A stretch of 64,000 nucleotides of DNA from Raillietiella orientalis. Taxonomy: Eukaryota. The stretch spans positions 4,464,001 to 4,528,000 of the forward strand of contig JAYWIR010000009.1 in the NCBI GenBank assembly GCA_036172245.1, written 5' to 3'. The translations under genes and the position numbers were made by a program. The notes beneath the pieces were generated by a model. It searched no databases. It was not told the DNA's origin and saw nothing but the letters and a program-made list of their open reading frames with translations. Below are positions 40,050-64,000 of this stretch, in pieces. The stretch's first letter is position 1; each line of letters opens with the position of its first letter.

Positions 40050-42480
40050 ACTGGAATATTGGCATTTCTGTTCGGATTGGAGCTGGAGATGAGCTTCTGT
40101 GCCATAGGCATATCAGCAACCAACTAGTTCTGCAGAGTGGATTCTATCGTCATCGAGGGTTTTCATAGCATTAAAGAAATAAATGATTTTTGTAAAACTG
40201 TAGGCAATGATTTGAGATGTCTGCAAACAGATCTGCTTTTATCTTTTACGGAAGTAGTAAATGATAAGCAATAATAAGGAAGGGAACAAAAGGTGAAGCC
40301 ACCGTAATTTAAAACTTCAGTTTGGACTTCCTTTTCATCGATCGTATATTTATCGGAGAATAACACACATTTTAATGACGTGAGGAAACAATTGGCCCAA
40401 AAAGTTGAAAAGCGCTAAAAGCGAACTGGTAATGAAGTTAGAGAATGAGCATATCCAAATCCTGTTGATATGAATGACAGAAGTGATCGCACGAATCACC
40501 AGGAATCCCTTTATTTAATCCCCTTTCAGAACTGATCTGAATAGCTGTATGCACTTGGATAAGAAGCTTCAGGAACTTTGAAATTTGAAAGATTCACACG
40601 AGACCTGCAGAGACTAAAGCGGTTGGCAGTTTGGCTAAAGATGCTTATTTGACTCGATTCGTCGGTGAATCCATCTTGCAAATGCTCATTCCCTGTCTCA
40701 TTACGAAAGAAATCCACTCTGTGGAAAAAATTCGTTTCCAATATTGAAAATCAAGGAAGCATCTCGAAGCTCTCACTTCGGATGCTTTTACTTGGTGAAG
40801 AATCTAACAATTTGAAATTTTCATTCACAATCTAAACACAGAATGCATCGCTGACCTTGGACTTCCTTAATCATTTTAGAGTGGCTTGCACTTGGGAAGG
40901 GATTCTTCAATATGATTGAAACCTGTGATCGAATTATCCGAAAATCGGATTTGGATCTTTCTGATGTAACCCAGACAGGTTTAGCACAACTAGTCAGACG
41001 TCTGATCAGTTCTTCGGTTGTTGTGTTTCCTAATTCCGAGGCAATTCTGTATTGAGGAGACGTCCAAATTCCATATTCCCCACCCTTGAAAGAAGAATAT
41101 ATGGGTAGGAAGTGGACTTGTTGCCACAGCAACAATCCCGTTTGCATCCGCGAATTTTGTTTCTCGCATGAATTCATCAATGATGCCTACCCCTCAGAAA
41201 ACTAAGAATGAGAAAATTAAGTATGCAGGAAATTACATATGCATTCATGTATACAAATCCAATGACGTTGATGTTGTATAGGGTCCACACTTTTCTTTTT
41301 CTGCTTCCTCTATGCGTTGTAGAGTTGACATTTGGATAGGTTTCGATTCTGAACGATGGGACCTCAATCTTAGAATGCCAAACCGCTGCAGGCAAAAGCT
41401 GAGGAATTCGAAATTACTGAATGCCAGATGATCGGGAGAAGTCAGTCATCTTGCCGTGATGTAAAACTTCTAGGTTTCCAAATTATTATGCAAAGTTACG
41501 TTTCATTCGAATCTGTTGGAGTCAACGGTATCTCGAGCTCGCTTCGTCCCTCATTGCACTGTTACGAATGTGCTTGAATGATTTCTAGATACGGAAATTC
41601 AGAAGGACAAAGCAATTCCAGGAAGACACTTGCTAATCCAGCTTCCGGAAAATCCACTTGACGAAATTCTTGTTGTTATCGTAGAATATCAGTTTCCGAA
41701 TTCCGGCACAACATTTGTATTTCGCACATTCTTTCCTGCTCATTCCTTGTTCAGTATTATTACTTCTTCGCATGATAGACGCGACGTATAGAAAATGGCT
41801 GAAGCAGTGGATTTTCTTTGCCAGTTCTCTGATTACATGGGTTTCTTGGAGCACTTTTATTACATTACGTAAGCTGAACTACGAACCCAGCAGTGCAAGC
41901 AGATGAGTTGAAGGATAGTGTTAAGAAAAGTCATCCAAGGAAATTCCTCATGAAGAATTCCGGAAATATCGCTCAAGTTTGTTTGAAGAAGGTGCCGTGT
42001 TTCATAGGAACACATACACATAAAATTCAGACTACGAAGCAGGAAATATTTTGTATAAAATGAATTTTAAAACGAATTGCAATTGCTAAAGGCAATAGTT
42101 ATGATGTGCTTGTGATCGAAATGATGGTTTAGATCTGAATTTTCAATAAACTGGAAGTTTCATTCTTCTGTTTCATTTCTACAGTAAAAAGCTTCAGTTG
42201 AAGCCGTTGAACAACTCCACATCATATATACTAGAACGCTCAAATGTTTGAAGGAAAACGCAGCACACGTTCGAATAGTTCTTCCAAATTCGAATGCTTT
42301 GTAAGGAACAAACAGTGATGCTGAGCGTTGTGGAGATATTTGATACTTGAGGTAATGTGGCATGGGTTGAGATTGTCAGAAGGAAGAATTTCTTCGAAAA
42401 TCTAGAGGAATTAGGCGTGACAAGGATTAAGAGAGGTAGAGCATCTTTTGGCAAGAAGAGAGTGCTCAGAAGAATAGAGG
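40050..42480 (+). mobile_element. Possible highly decayed LINE (APE endonuclease and RT remnants)
   Basis: LELEMSFCAIGISATN*...IVIEGF at about 40075-40165 resembles F.vIGISETWL...I.GY. GKRST...CFVRNKQ and AWVEIVRRKNFFENLEELGV at about 42250-42420 resemble RT subdomains 2-3. Many stops; weak evidence. Confidence 0.3.
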
Positions 42481-45061
42481 TGGAGTGCGTCTGCTATTGT
42501 AGAAATGAAATAAATGCATAGATAAAAGGGGGAAATACAGAAAAACACGGAAGAAATCACCATGTTTTATATACACGGCGAAATAGAGATCTGTAAATTG
42601 ATTTTGTGTACGCACCACTGCAGAGGAATGAGTCATAGAAATAATACTATTAGATGCTGGCTATCAGACATATTGACCTCGCCATGTATTTACGAGGCTG
42701 ATTAAAGGAGAATCATAGTTAATGAATGTAGAAGAATATCAAGCCATAGCTGTGAGTCAGAGTGGAACAATTTTGTGAAGTGCATTCCTTGTATTTAAGC
42801 TTCAGAATCTACTGGAAAAAATTCGTGAGCAAGGTAGCAGGAAGTCCTACGGAAGGAACGCCTGTGGTATGATTCTTAAGCCTGAAGTATAAAAAACGCA
42901 GAATCAATGAAGTTATGATAAAGGAAGAATGATTTAAGAAATGTTTGAAGACGAGAACACCAATTAGTTTTCAGCACACTGCATCAGTTATGTATTCATT
43001 TGTTCTCTAAAAAAAATTAACAATCTTTTTCAGATAATATAGCAAAGTTGAGTAAAGCATATCTGAGGATGGCATCTTTTGTTTGGTCGTGAATTTTTCG
43101 GCAATTGCAGAATTTTATTTTTATTTGTACAATCAACAAGAGAACAAATTTGGGTGACAACAGCCACTTTATCGAAGAACATGGAAATGCCTGCTTAAAA
43201 ATTGATTTAAGTTAATTTTAAGTTAATTATTTTTCAAAGATTCATTGTTTTATTTCGATTGCTTTAGTAAAAGGTACAGTTACGAGAAAAGCACCTTGAA
43301 TGCAATGTTTAGGTGATACATGTCAAATAAACACTATTGAACAAGAAAAGGCTCAAGTTTATAGAAATTGTGCGTTTCTGTGATCCGGTAAGAAATAAGC
43401 AAAGTCAGCGTATTTATGGGCAGAAATTTTTGAAAGTTTTTCGCTCGTGCGCAGTGAGAAGAATATGCTGGAGTACCCAAACTTATTCTTAAGGTGATTT
43501 GGATTCAGATAATCATTAAGCAGAATATGTGGTCCAAGAAAACGAAAAGGAAGATAAGTGGAAGTGCTTATATGAAGATCGATTTCAGATTGGGAGAATC
43601 ATCGCTTTTCAGCAGAATTCCATGAGTGTGAATAATCTTCCGTAAAAGACACCTCTTCAAATGATTATGCTGCCATGTTAGCAACAGAACAGACGACTGC
43701 TTTCAGAAAATGAGACAATTTTTATGGGAAACATGCTTTTTAATGAATTGTACTACAAACTATAAACGATGGAATCCTTTTAAACGGATTCCAGAACTTA
43801 TTAATGAAGCCAGATGTCTTTTTTTTATAAATTGTGCTGATGCTGTAGTTTGCATACTTTAGAAAAGCGAAAAATTAATAAATGGAATGAGGAATAGGAA
43901 TATAGAATTTCGAAACACATATCCTAAATCTTCATGTCGGGTTGAAGTCTTGAAGATTTAGTTTTACAGGACTACTACTGATTCTGAGATATGAAAATTT
44001 AGGCTGTTTCATATATCGATGACTAACTTGTTGAAAAACATATTACAGTTAGTACTGCTAACTAAGAAAATATAAACGTGTGGTTTGAAAAATTATTCTC
44101 TCTCAAAGTAAGTCTCCTTGTAATTAATTTGTGATTTTATTTGAAAAATATTTCAAGAACAGATACAATTTTTTGAATTTCTGTTTTGATCTCCATTTGG
44201 AGTTATTTCGAAAGTATTTTTGAGACTATTCCATAGTTTCTATTTGGAAAGATCAGGGAAGATCCGCATGAGCCAGATTATTTGGGAATGAGACCTGTGG
44301 CTATATGAAAGAAATGACGTTGGTGTTTTTAGAAAAAAACTAACATCATGTTGTCTCATTCCTGTAAAATACACATATTTATTAACTTCCATATCAGAGT
44401 CTCCAAAGGACATTATTCATTGCGTTTCCCAATGTTGCTCTATTATATGAAAAATTTGTATAACTGGTTATATGAAACTCTCGTGGAGTGCTACTGTTCT
44501 TAGGAAAGTTTTTCAGAACATTATAAATAAGCACTCTTTTCTGTTTGGTATGGATTCGCTTTTTGTGATCATTATTTACTTCTATAATATCATCTTTCTT
44601 TGTCTCCAACTTATTTTGGGTAATGGTTGCATCGCTTCTAAAATCACATTGCATTCTTTGTAACACGGAAGAAATGTTCGAGAATAATGTGGACTTGCAA
44701 TAAAGATCCTGCTGAGCTTCTACATAATCCTATACTGTACAGAAAGAAGCCTTTCATAGTGGCTGCTTGAATTTTTTTCTTGCTATAATTTTTTTATCAA
44801 ATGCTAAAAACTAGTTAGAAACTGCTCGTTCTTTCGATCTTCAAATTATAAACTTTTCATTTTTGCCTCTTATCACATTTTATATGTTTGAAACACCATG
44901 AACTCTGTTAGATAAAACTAGTTTTTGCGCCATTGTTTGGAATAATTTCCAACTATAAGGTTTGAAAGTTTTTATATGCATTGCTAGCCACGTTTATCAT
45001 AAATGGAAAATATAAAAAGTGCAGTGAGTAGCCTTGATTTTCTTTGAAACGGACCCCCAAG

Positions 45062-51142
<6,081 letters not shown>

Positions 51143-51182
51143 TCTTCTTTGGAATCTTGAATTGTAAAATTCAAAATTCTAA

Positions 51183-51188
51183 AATAAA
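51183..51188 (+). terminator. AATAAA polyadenylation signal of the USP gene
   Basis: Canonical hexamer 40 nt after the stop, followed by a GT/T-rich tract. A second AATAAA lies near 51267. Confidence 0.6.
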
Positions 51189-53599
51189 ATGTTTTTGTTT
51201 TTAGCATTTTGAAGGAGCTATGTGATCACTGCATATTTTGCAGTACTGGTTTCAGTGTTTTGTGGCAATAAAGTCATCCCATACAGAATCAAAAATTAGG
51301 TTTCAATATGTATCCAGTGTGTAAATATATGTAACAAAAATAATAAAATAATCAAAGTATTTTTTACAAAGCCATGAACATGTGTTCAATTTTGTAAAAT
51401 GCAAGTTTACTAACATTGGGGAAAATTTATATTCAATGTTCAAAGACTTATATACTGCAAAAATAGTAAGTCAAATCTTTTTTGAAGATGCTTTGTATGA
51501 TTGTGATTATTTCTGACTCAGAACCACCTTCTAGATCCGACATAAGTGTGGGCTTGTATTTTATGTCATTCTTAATTTCATGTGTTCTTGATGTAGTCTC
51601 ATTTTCTTGTTAACTTTTGCACACACACGTTGAATTCTCTTTAGTCCCAGTCGTATAAAATTCACATCGATATGCATCTATGTGCTTTGGAAATGTAAGT
51701 ACATGACGTAATAAAAAAGCGGACAAGCCTGGGGAATAAGATGTAGATTAGTAAAATGTGAATTAGAGCATCCATTGAAAGTGAGAAATTGAGGTTTCTC
51801 CATGCGATTGTGGTTGTAACACCTTGTTTTCGGTCATAGAGTGCCAACAAAAAACTTTCCAAACATGGTACTCCATTGCGAAGTCTCCATGGATTATGAT
51901 GTTTCTGTTTTCATACACTGATAACTTTTAAATAGATGTGTGTGCGTTTTCATTTTAAGTGATATTATAACAAGTCGGAATTTAAGACAAATGTATAAAA
52001 TGTGGAATTGCTTGTCTATCAAAATGCATTTAAAAAGGCATCATTCTTGCCTTTCCAGATACAATTCACCGAAAAAGTGAATCGTCAGTGATACAGGAAA
52101 AGTTTCATCTTGTTTGTGAAGTTTTTTTTCTATTGCTGAATCCGTACGTAATCGTGAGCCGAATTTCCGAAGCTTCGTTCCCAGAATTTGACATTTCTAA
52201 CAGCAGCATCTGCAATTGAACCACAGAAGGGGAACGCGGTGCCATCCACGGCACGCAGGAACCAACACGTGCAGACTCGTAGGGCTTACTACTCGGTTCT
52301 TAGGTCGCACAGCTCCCGACTTCGAGAAGAGACTTCCTCCACAGTCTCCGGTCGCAGCCTGGGGGTAGATCTCCTGCTCCTGAGTTTCGTTTCAGAGTTG
52401 TTTCATTGATAATCATATTGCACATTTGTTTTTTTGGAAAGATTTCGCAAGCCGTTTGAGAACAGAAGGGATCCGTACTGTTCTTTTTAAAGAGTCTGTA
52501 TGTTCGTAAATCTTTCACGAGAGGCAATCCGGTCAAATTAAATACCATAAATGATCTAAATATTCCCAAGAACAAGGGATGCCTTTTCCACGTCTGGCAC
52601 TGTCCAATGCTTTAGTAGAATTTGAACTTTCACTGTGATGGCTGCAACCTGGAAAAGTGAGGAAAATGGGTCCTTTGCAACCAAGTACAAGTAAGAAAGG
52701 ATGATGTGGGGAGGGTATAGAAGGGGGGGGGGGAAATGTGGTTTCTTCCACCAAACAGTTTTGGTGGCAGGCGCTGCTGAAACGTTGGCTGAATTCGTTT
52801 CAGCTATTTCTAGAGACAAACACAACTCGCGGTTACGATTGAACTTACAAATTCAAGTGCACAGATTGTAAAGTGTTGCATTCTAGATTTCATTGTTTAT
52901 TTTACAGTATGTAACTGCATGACGAATCCCTTGGTCAGTGTCTTCCTTGTCAATGCCTTCCTTGGTCAGTGAATACGTGCGACTTGACCCCGCAAAACCA
53001 TGTGAGCAAAATTACGACCTCGTGAAGGTATTATGTAAGAGTCACGAATGAATATCGCTGACTCTGTGAAGGTCGTACAAAAAATGGCGACGAGTAGTAA
53101 AGTGAAGTGTGGTTGACGTGAGGTTCATGTTCACGAGCCACATTCAAATCAGTGTAGTCCCTTAAGCAAATACTTGACCGATGTACTGTCCTCGAGAAAC
53201 GAGTCTCTGCTTTCTGTCAAGAAATGTAATTGACACCGAGTCTTCTCGAGCTGAAAAAATTGTCTCTGCTTTTCAATGAACTTCGCAAACGACTGGTTTC
53301 CTGAATGCATTCACACATGAGGGCCTTCATAAAGGTCCTTGCATGTCGTGTTTGCTTATGATAGGTGTCTGGTCTTCTCTTTGCCCTGCAGTTCCATTTG
53401 AGTGTACACTATAACGTGTAAACATAATATGAATTGCATAAATAAAATTGATAAACCAGAGCACACAAGAGTCCTTATTCAGCTTAGATTACCAATTTAT
53501 TTGTTAAATTCAGTTGACTGTGGAAGCCTAGTAGCATTAAAGATGTTAGTAGCAGTTTGATGCTTCAAGAAACTGGAATTTCGAATGTCGATGGACTTT

Positions 53600-54260
53600 C
53601 AAATGTTTTTCAACACTCCTCATAACAGTTGCAGTTTATCTTCCAAAGCAGCACCAGTGGTAGCATTGCCGATTCAATACAATACAAACTTTCCACATTC
53701 GTCATGAAATACCAAAGTGGTAAGTTATTTAGCTTGGCCGATTGCATGAAGCTAAGGACGATGTCGCCTCATCTTCTGCATGTCATATTTAGGGATAAAA
53801 TTGTTGGCATGACAGTTAAAATCACCTCCTTATTCGACCGTTTCGAAAACAAATCTGCAACCTTAATGAGAGCACTGAAACTTCCCTTGGCTGTGAGTGT
53901 GAGCCTTCCTTACATACCAGTCTCCTTTTTCCAGCTATTCATAAATTTGCGTATAGCACGGTATCTTGTGTACATGCTTTTTAAAAAATTCTATCATACG
54001 AAACGTAATTAGTTTCTTGAACTTCGAGATCTCAAAAATACTCTGTGTTCGAAGCCAATCCTGAAATGCGAGACAGAAAACGAAACATCGTTCACACTGC
54101 TCACCAGCATTCTTGCGACTGACATATCCGGAGTCGATGTGAAGGGTTTCCTTTTGAAAATGTACAGTTTTCTTTCAACTTGCAATGGTCCACAGTGCAT
54201 TAACTAAAGAACAGAAATCTCTTGAGACTCGATACCCAATACATGCATAAGAATCTAATG
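53600..54260 (-). mobile_element. Decayed non-LTR retrotransposon APE endonuclease fragment
   Basis: Minus-strand GGDFNCH at 53829-53809 (GDFN motif), followed after a frameshift by GDIVLSFMQSAKLNNL. Upstream HVLGIESQE resembles DILGIQE. Stops are present. Confidence 0.45.
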
Positions 54261-55672
54261 CATATGCGCAGCATTACGAATAAAGTCAACAGTGATTATA
54301 AGCTGGATCAATATCTCAAATTGTCTTCTTAAAAGAATGAAAACAGAAATGATGCATACAATTACAAAGTGGTCATGATGAACTCCATTTGAAGCAAATA
54401 TTTAATTGAAAAGAGTGCTGTAGTCTTTCTTAGCAGCAGTGCGTACCTGAGGTTGAAATAATGTTTGGATATATCATTAATCTCAGTACGACCAAGACTG
54501 AATACAGAAACATATTTTTTGCACAAAATCCAGAGTTTGGAAAGCGAACTTTTGGCAAATATTTTTGTATATTTTAAAAACGAACCAAGTTGATCTCGGT
54601 ATAGGCACATCCAGTTTTAAATGCTTATTCCTGTATCCTAGAGATTATTTTTGAACTTTCGTTATTGTAGCTCATGCACACATGTATTAAACTATCTGCT
54701 TTTTTATTTTTTTTATTTTTTGCCATTTCATTTGCACATCTATCTGTAGTTTGACGTTGCGTCAGTTGGCAACGCGTGTTTGTTTTGAATGTATGTGAGA
54801 TCTGGAAGTACACTTCGTTGACATCGGTGTGGGGTTTGTACTTTGTAAGAACTACCTGGGCGTTTCGCATCAGTCAAACCTTGAATGTGATGTACATTCT
54901 TATAGCTTTATGTGTGTACAGTTGTTTGCCATGTTTGCATGCTTTGATAATTGCGGTGACTGTCGATGTGAGCATCAAAGCTGGTTTCCTTTTGAGACTT
55001 TCGTTGCTCCATGCTGAGCGGTAAAAGCACCGGTGTTCTTTGTCTCCTTGACGTTCATGGGTTTATGACGGTTTTTGTGTGGAACTGTCAGCAATATGAC
55101 ACTGAGTTGTGTTCCCATGTGGATTCAGCATGAAAGACTGTTGAATGACTGTTTGCTCGTGTACTCGAGGGAATGGCAAATGATTTTGCAATCAAAGCAG
55201 TTGTGCATTACTGTGTGTCTGTCGACGACGTGGGAAAGAAGTTCTGCATGTTATGCAGATGGGAGTAAAAGATAATTCTGTTAATCATTTTCGTGGATTT
55301 TTTTTTTTTTTTTTGCATTGTGAAGTTGGCGTAGGTATTGTATTTGCTTTGTTTGTAAATGTTATTTTGACAAACGGTCTTGCTGAAATGTGATGAAATT
55401 TGTTTCGATTTATGTTAGTGATTCATTTACTCTTGTTTGCTTTGAGCTTCCGAAGAAAGTTTGATGAACTTTCGAGAATCCTTGGTTTCACCCTTTTTGC
55501 ACAAGTGCATTAGAAGTGCATGGGCATTAGGAGGTAATTTTGTTGAGAATTATTTCATTTCAGTAGTGTTTTCATAATGGAGATGTGCGCATGAGTGAAA
55601 CTCGCATGTATTCGATATGCTGTGGGAATTTGATTACCGTGTAGCATCACAATAATCAGTCATTGGTGCACT

Positions 55673-61422
<5,750 letters not shown>

Positions 61423-61433
61423 TAAATATGGTG

Positions 61434-61439
61434 TTTATT
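61434..61439 (-). terminator. AATAAA polyadenylation signal of PTDSS1 (TTTATT on +)
   Basis: About 40 nt downstream of the predicted PTDSS1 stop and 11 nt from the PHTF stop. Confidence 0.6.
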
Positions 61440-61479
61440 TTTTGTTGATTGATTGATCCATTTCTTAGAAATGGATTTG

Positions 61480-63153
61480 TCAACTATTTGTTTTGCTCTG
61501 TGGCTCACTCTTCTGACTATTTTCACTTGCTTTGGACTGCGATTTCTGCAAAATTTAAGATACACAATTCTATCAAGTGTAATATTTTGCACAAAGCAAG
61601 CATTTGCGCAGCCTCATGTCACAGTGGATTTGTTTCCATGTGTGCCTTACTGCTAGCACTTACAAGCTCACCTGCCAACTCCAAAGTGCACATACATATA
61701 CACACAACACAGAGAGCAGCATTTGGACCACCAGCCACATTGAAACCAGTCTCATATCAGCAGCTGCAAATAAACTGTCTCCAAACTTTATGCAAATTAT
61801 AGCCTCTGTTAAAGTCATAGCTGCATACACCCAACACTGTGTACCTACACGTGTGCAGCATGGATCTGTTACATAACTATAATACTGCCTGAAAACAAAC
61901 CAGTGTTAATCATGCTGCTTGATTAATAAGTACATAAAGCAAAGTAAGAGAATGTAGTTACTCACCGTAAAGTAGGAGCCACAAACAAACCTATTAAAAC
62001 AATTCGTCCAATTACCAAAGGATGACCAGGAGGTATTTCAAAAATATGTTTCAGAAAAAAAGTATTGAGTTCAGATAATTGCCAAAAGATAACTAGTTGG
62101 CAAATGGCTAGAAACCTCATGTAGGAACACTTGGGATCTAGCCATCGTACATGAGTCCAGCTTTCTGGTGTAAATTGCAATGCAGCTCGTTTTAGTTTCC
62201 CTGTTGTGGAGTGGATGTTTCTGTGAATAGGTTAACATGCTAACTGTCATCATAACTTACTTGATGCTCTCCCACTTATATTTACGCATTTCAAGTTTCT
62301 TACATATTTGCATACCCATCCAAATTCCCAAACCATTGCAGACAAGTACATCCAGCATAATTGTGTCCCACCAACATTCTACAAAATTTGGCAAAAGATG
62401 GGAAAAGACTATCTGATAAAATTCAGATGAAGTTCTGTGGTTAGTGTCTGATTTTTTTGAATACTTCAGTAATCTCCCACATGACACTTGATATCCACAA
62501 GATACCATAATGCCGAACAAGCACTGCTTTCATAACCCAACCAAAAAAATGACCACATGCAAACACATCCATGTGATTCCATATTCTCTCTAAAGTGACA
62601 TCTGAACAGTTGACTCCATACTTCTTCATGATTGCCCTATCAGTCAGTACATTAAAGCTGCTTTTGACTTACAGTTTCCATATCAATGTGAAACGTTTGT
62701 AAATTAGGGAAAAACCAAACAAGAATTCCTCTTATAGTTTTGTAATCTTGAAATAACATAAATAGAAGCAACAACAGGTACAGGACGCTCAAGCCAAAGA
62801 CCATTCTCCAAACTGCAGGATGTGGACGGGTAAATGGTCCATTTGGGAAAGCTAATACTGATATGATCAGAAAAAAAAATACTACACACACTAGTCCAGC
62901 AAGAACATTATCTTGCTGGCTCACTTTATCATCCCTGAAACCACAAGATGCTCTGGATTTTAGTGAAGATTGTTTAAAATCTTTACCTTGTAAATGCAAA
63001 ATATATCAAGGATGCTATTGAGGCAGTCAGCAAAGATATTGTGTGTGGTTTATAAAAAAACTCAAGGGATATATCGTCGACCGGTCTTTCATTAATATTA
63101 TTAAAATGATCAGATACATCCGAACTTGATGATATAGTTCTGTGCTTCTTCAT
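61480..63153 (-). CDS. PTDSS1: Phosphatidylserine synthase 1. Exons in transcript order: 63153-62987, 62934-62673, 62623-62465, 62412-62261, 62220-61966, 61888-61672, 61545-61480 (last exon tentative; without it the stop is at 61660)
   Basis: [84 protein letters not shown]...[50 protein letters not shown]. Confidence 0.97.
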
Positions 63154-64000
63154 GTTCACTTTTAAATAAACGAGAACAAAATTTGATCAATAAATATACA
63201 TGCACATGAAACAGTCGGATATAAAACATGGAAGATTCCCAAAAGCTGACTGCATACCAACATACATGCGTTTCATTCCATCTTATCAGGCATCAAGGCA
63301 AATCTCTGTTGATGCTAGTTTTATGATCAATGGAGATCTCAGAATTTATTCAGAAATTAATTTTTAGGAAGCATGAAATAAACATAACACTCGACTACTT
63401 GCTGCAGATGGAAAAGAATGCAAAATGCTCAACTTAAATGCACATTAGTTCTTATATTTCTCAAGAAAATACAGCCAGCACATCCAACCATTTTAGTTGT
63501 TTATGTAGAGCTGAAGTTCCATAAAACTGTTAAAAGCATCATTGTGAAGGCTATGAGTTTTAAAACGACACTCCAAATCAACTGAAATACATCAAAATCG
63601 AATTAAATAACCACAAACTGACGAACGCATTTCCACAATGGTCACTTCATCAAGTCAACCTGCAAGGAAACTGGAGAAAAACCATTCAAGGGAAACGGTT
63701 GTCAACGACAGACTTATTACGAATACAAGGAGCTGTGCACTTTGCAGAACCTGCATGTTTTTTGTGGCATTTATATCAACATCTACACATTTTCACAGTG
63801 TGAAGACTATTTGCAAGCTACTGTGCCCAGCCCACAAGTGCAAACCCCAGCATGCATACAAAGTAGCTTTCTCCAAGTTTGCTTTTTCGGGCAGAGCAAA
63901 CCGGAGATTCGGAAAAGAGAGCTGAACTGAAGACCTACTGTTGACTCCAAACTGATTGCTAAAATTATTCCGAAAAGTTTGAGGTAAATCTCTTGCGTAC

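Noticed and set aside
41633..41854. Minus-strand LQETH, resembling an APE endonuclease motif
   Set aside because: No flanking WNV/GDFN/SDH motifs on that strand, and neighbouring LINE-like traces are on the plus strand. Likely chance.

Overview
Eukaryotic (animal, probably arthropod-like invertebrate) genomic DNA, not prokaryotic. I reconstructed six intron-containing protein genes by hand: a dally-like/GPC4-6-type glypican (+, 3237-13851), a cytoplasmic actin (+, 26753-28083), a TXNDC11-like thioredoxin-domain gene (-, 28164 to about 31972), a USP4/11/15-type deubiquitinase (+, 45062-51142), a PHTF-family gene (+, 55673-61422) and phosphatidylserine synthase 1 (-, about 61480-63153). Between them lie decayed non-LTR retrotransposon fragments, two dispersed repeat pairs and many homopolymer or microsatellite tracts. 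The most unusual properties are architectural. (1) Introns are very short, with an apparent floor of about 40 nt; many lack a polypyrimidine tract, and two cases require skipping a nearer, better-looking AG. (2) There are abrupt kb-scale switches between AT-rich/CpG-poor and GC-rich/CpG-rich domains, even inside single genes. (3) Two tail-to-tail gene pairs have stop codons only about 57-80 bp apart. (4) PHTF contains a 949-nt exon with no recognisable homology. I found no CRISPR array, rRNA or tRNA, and no unambiguous novel multi-gene system. All homology calls come from recalled family motifs, not database searches.
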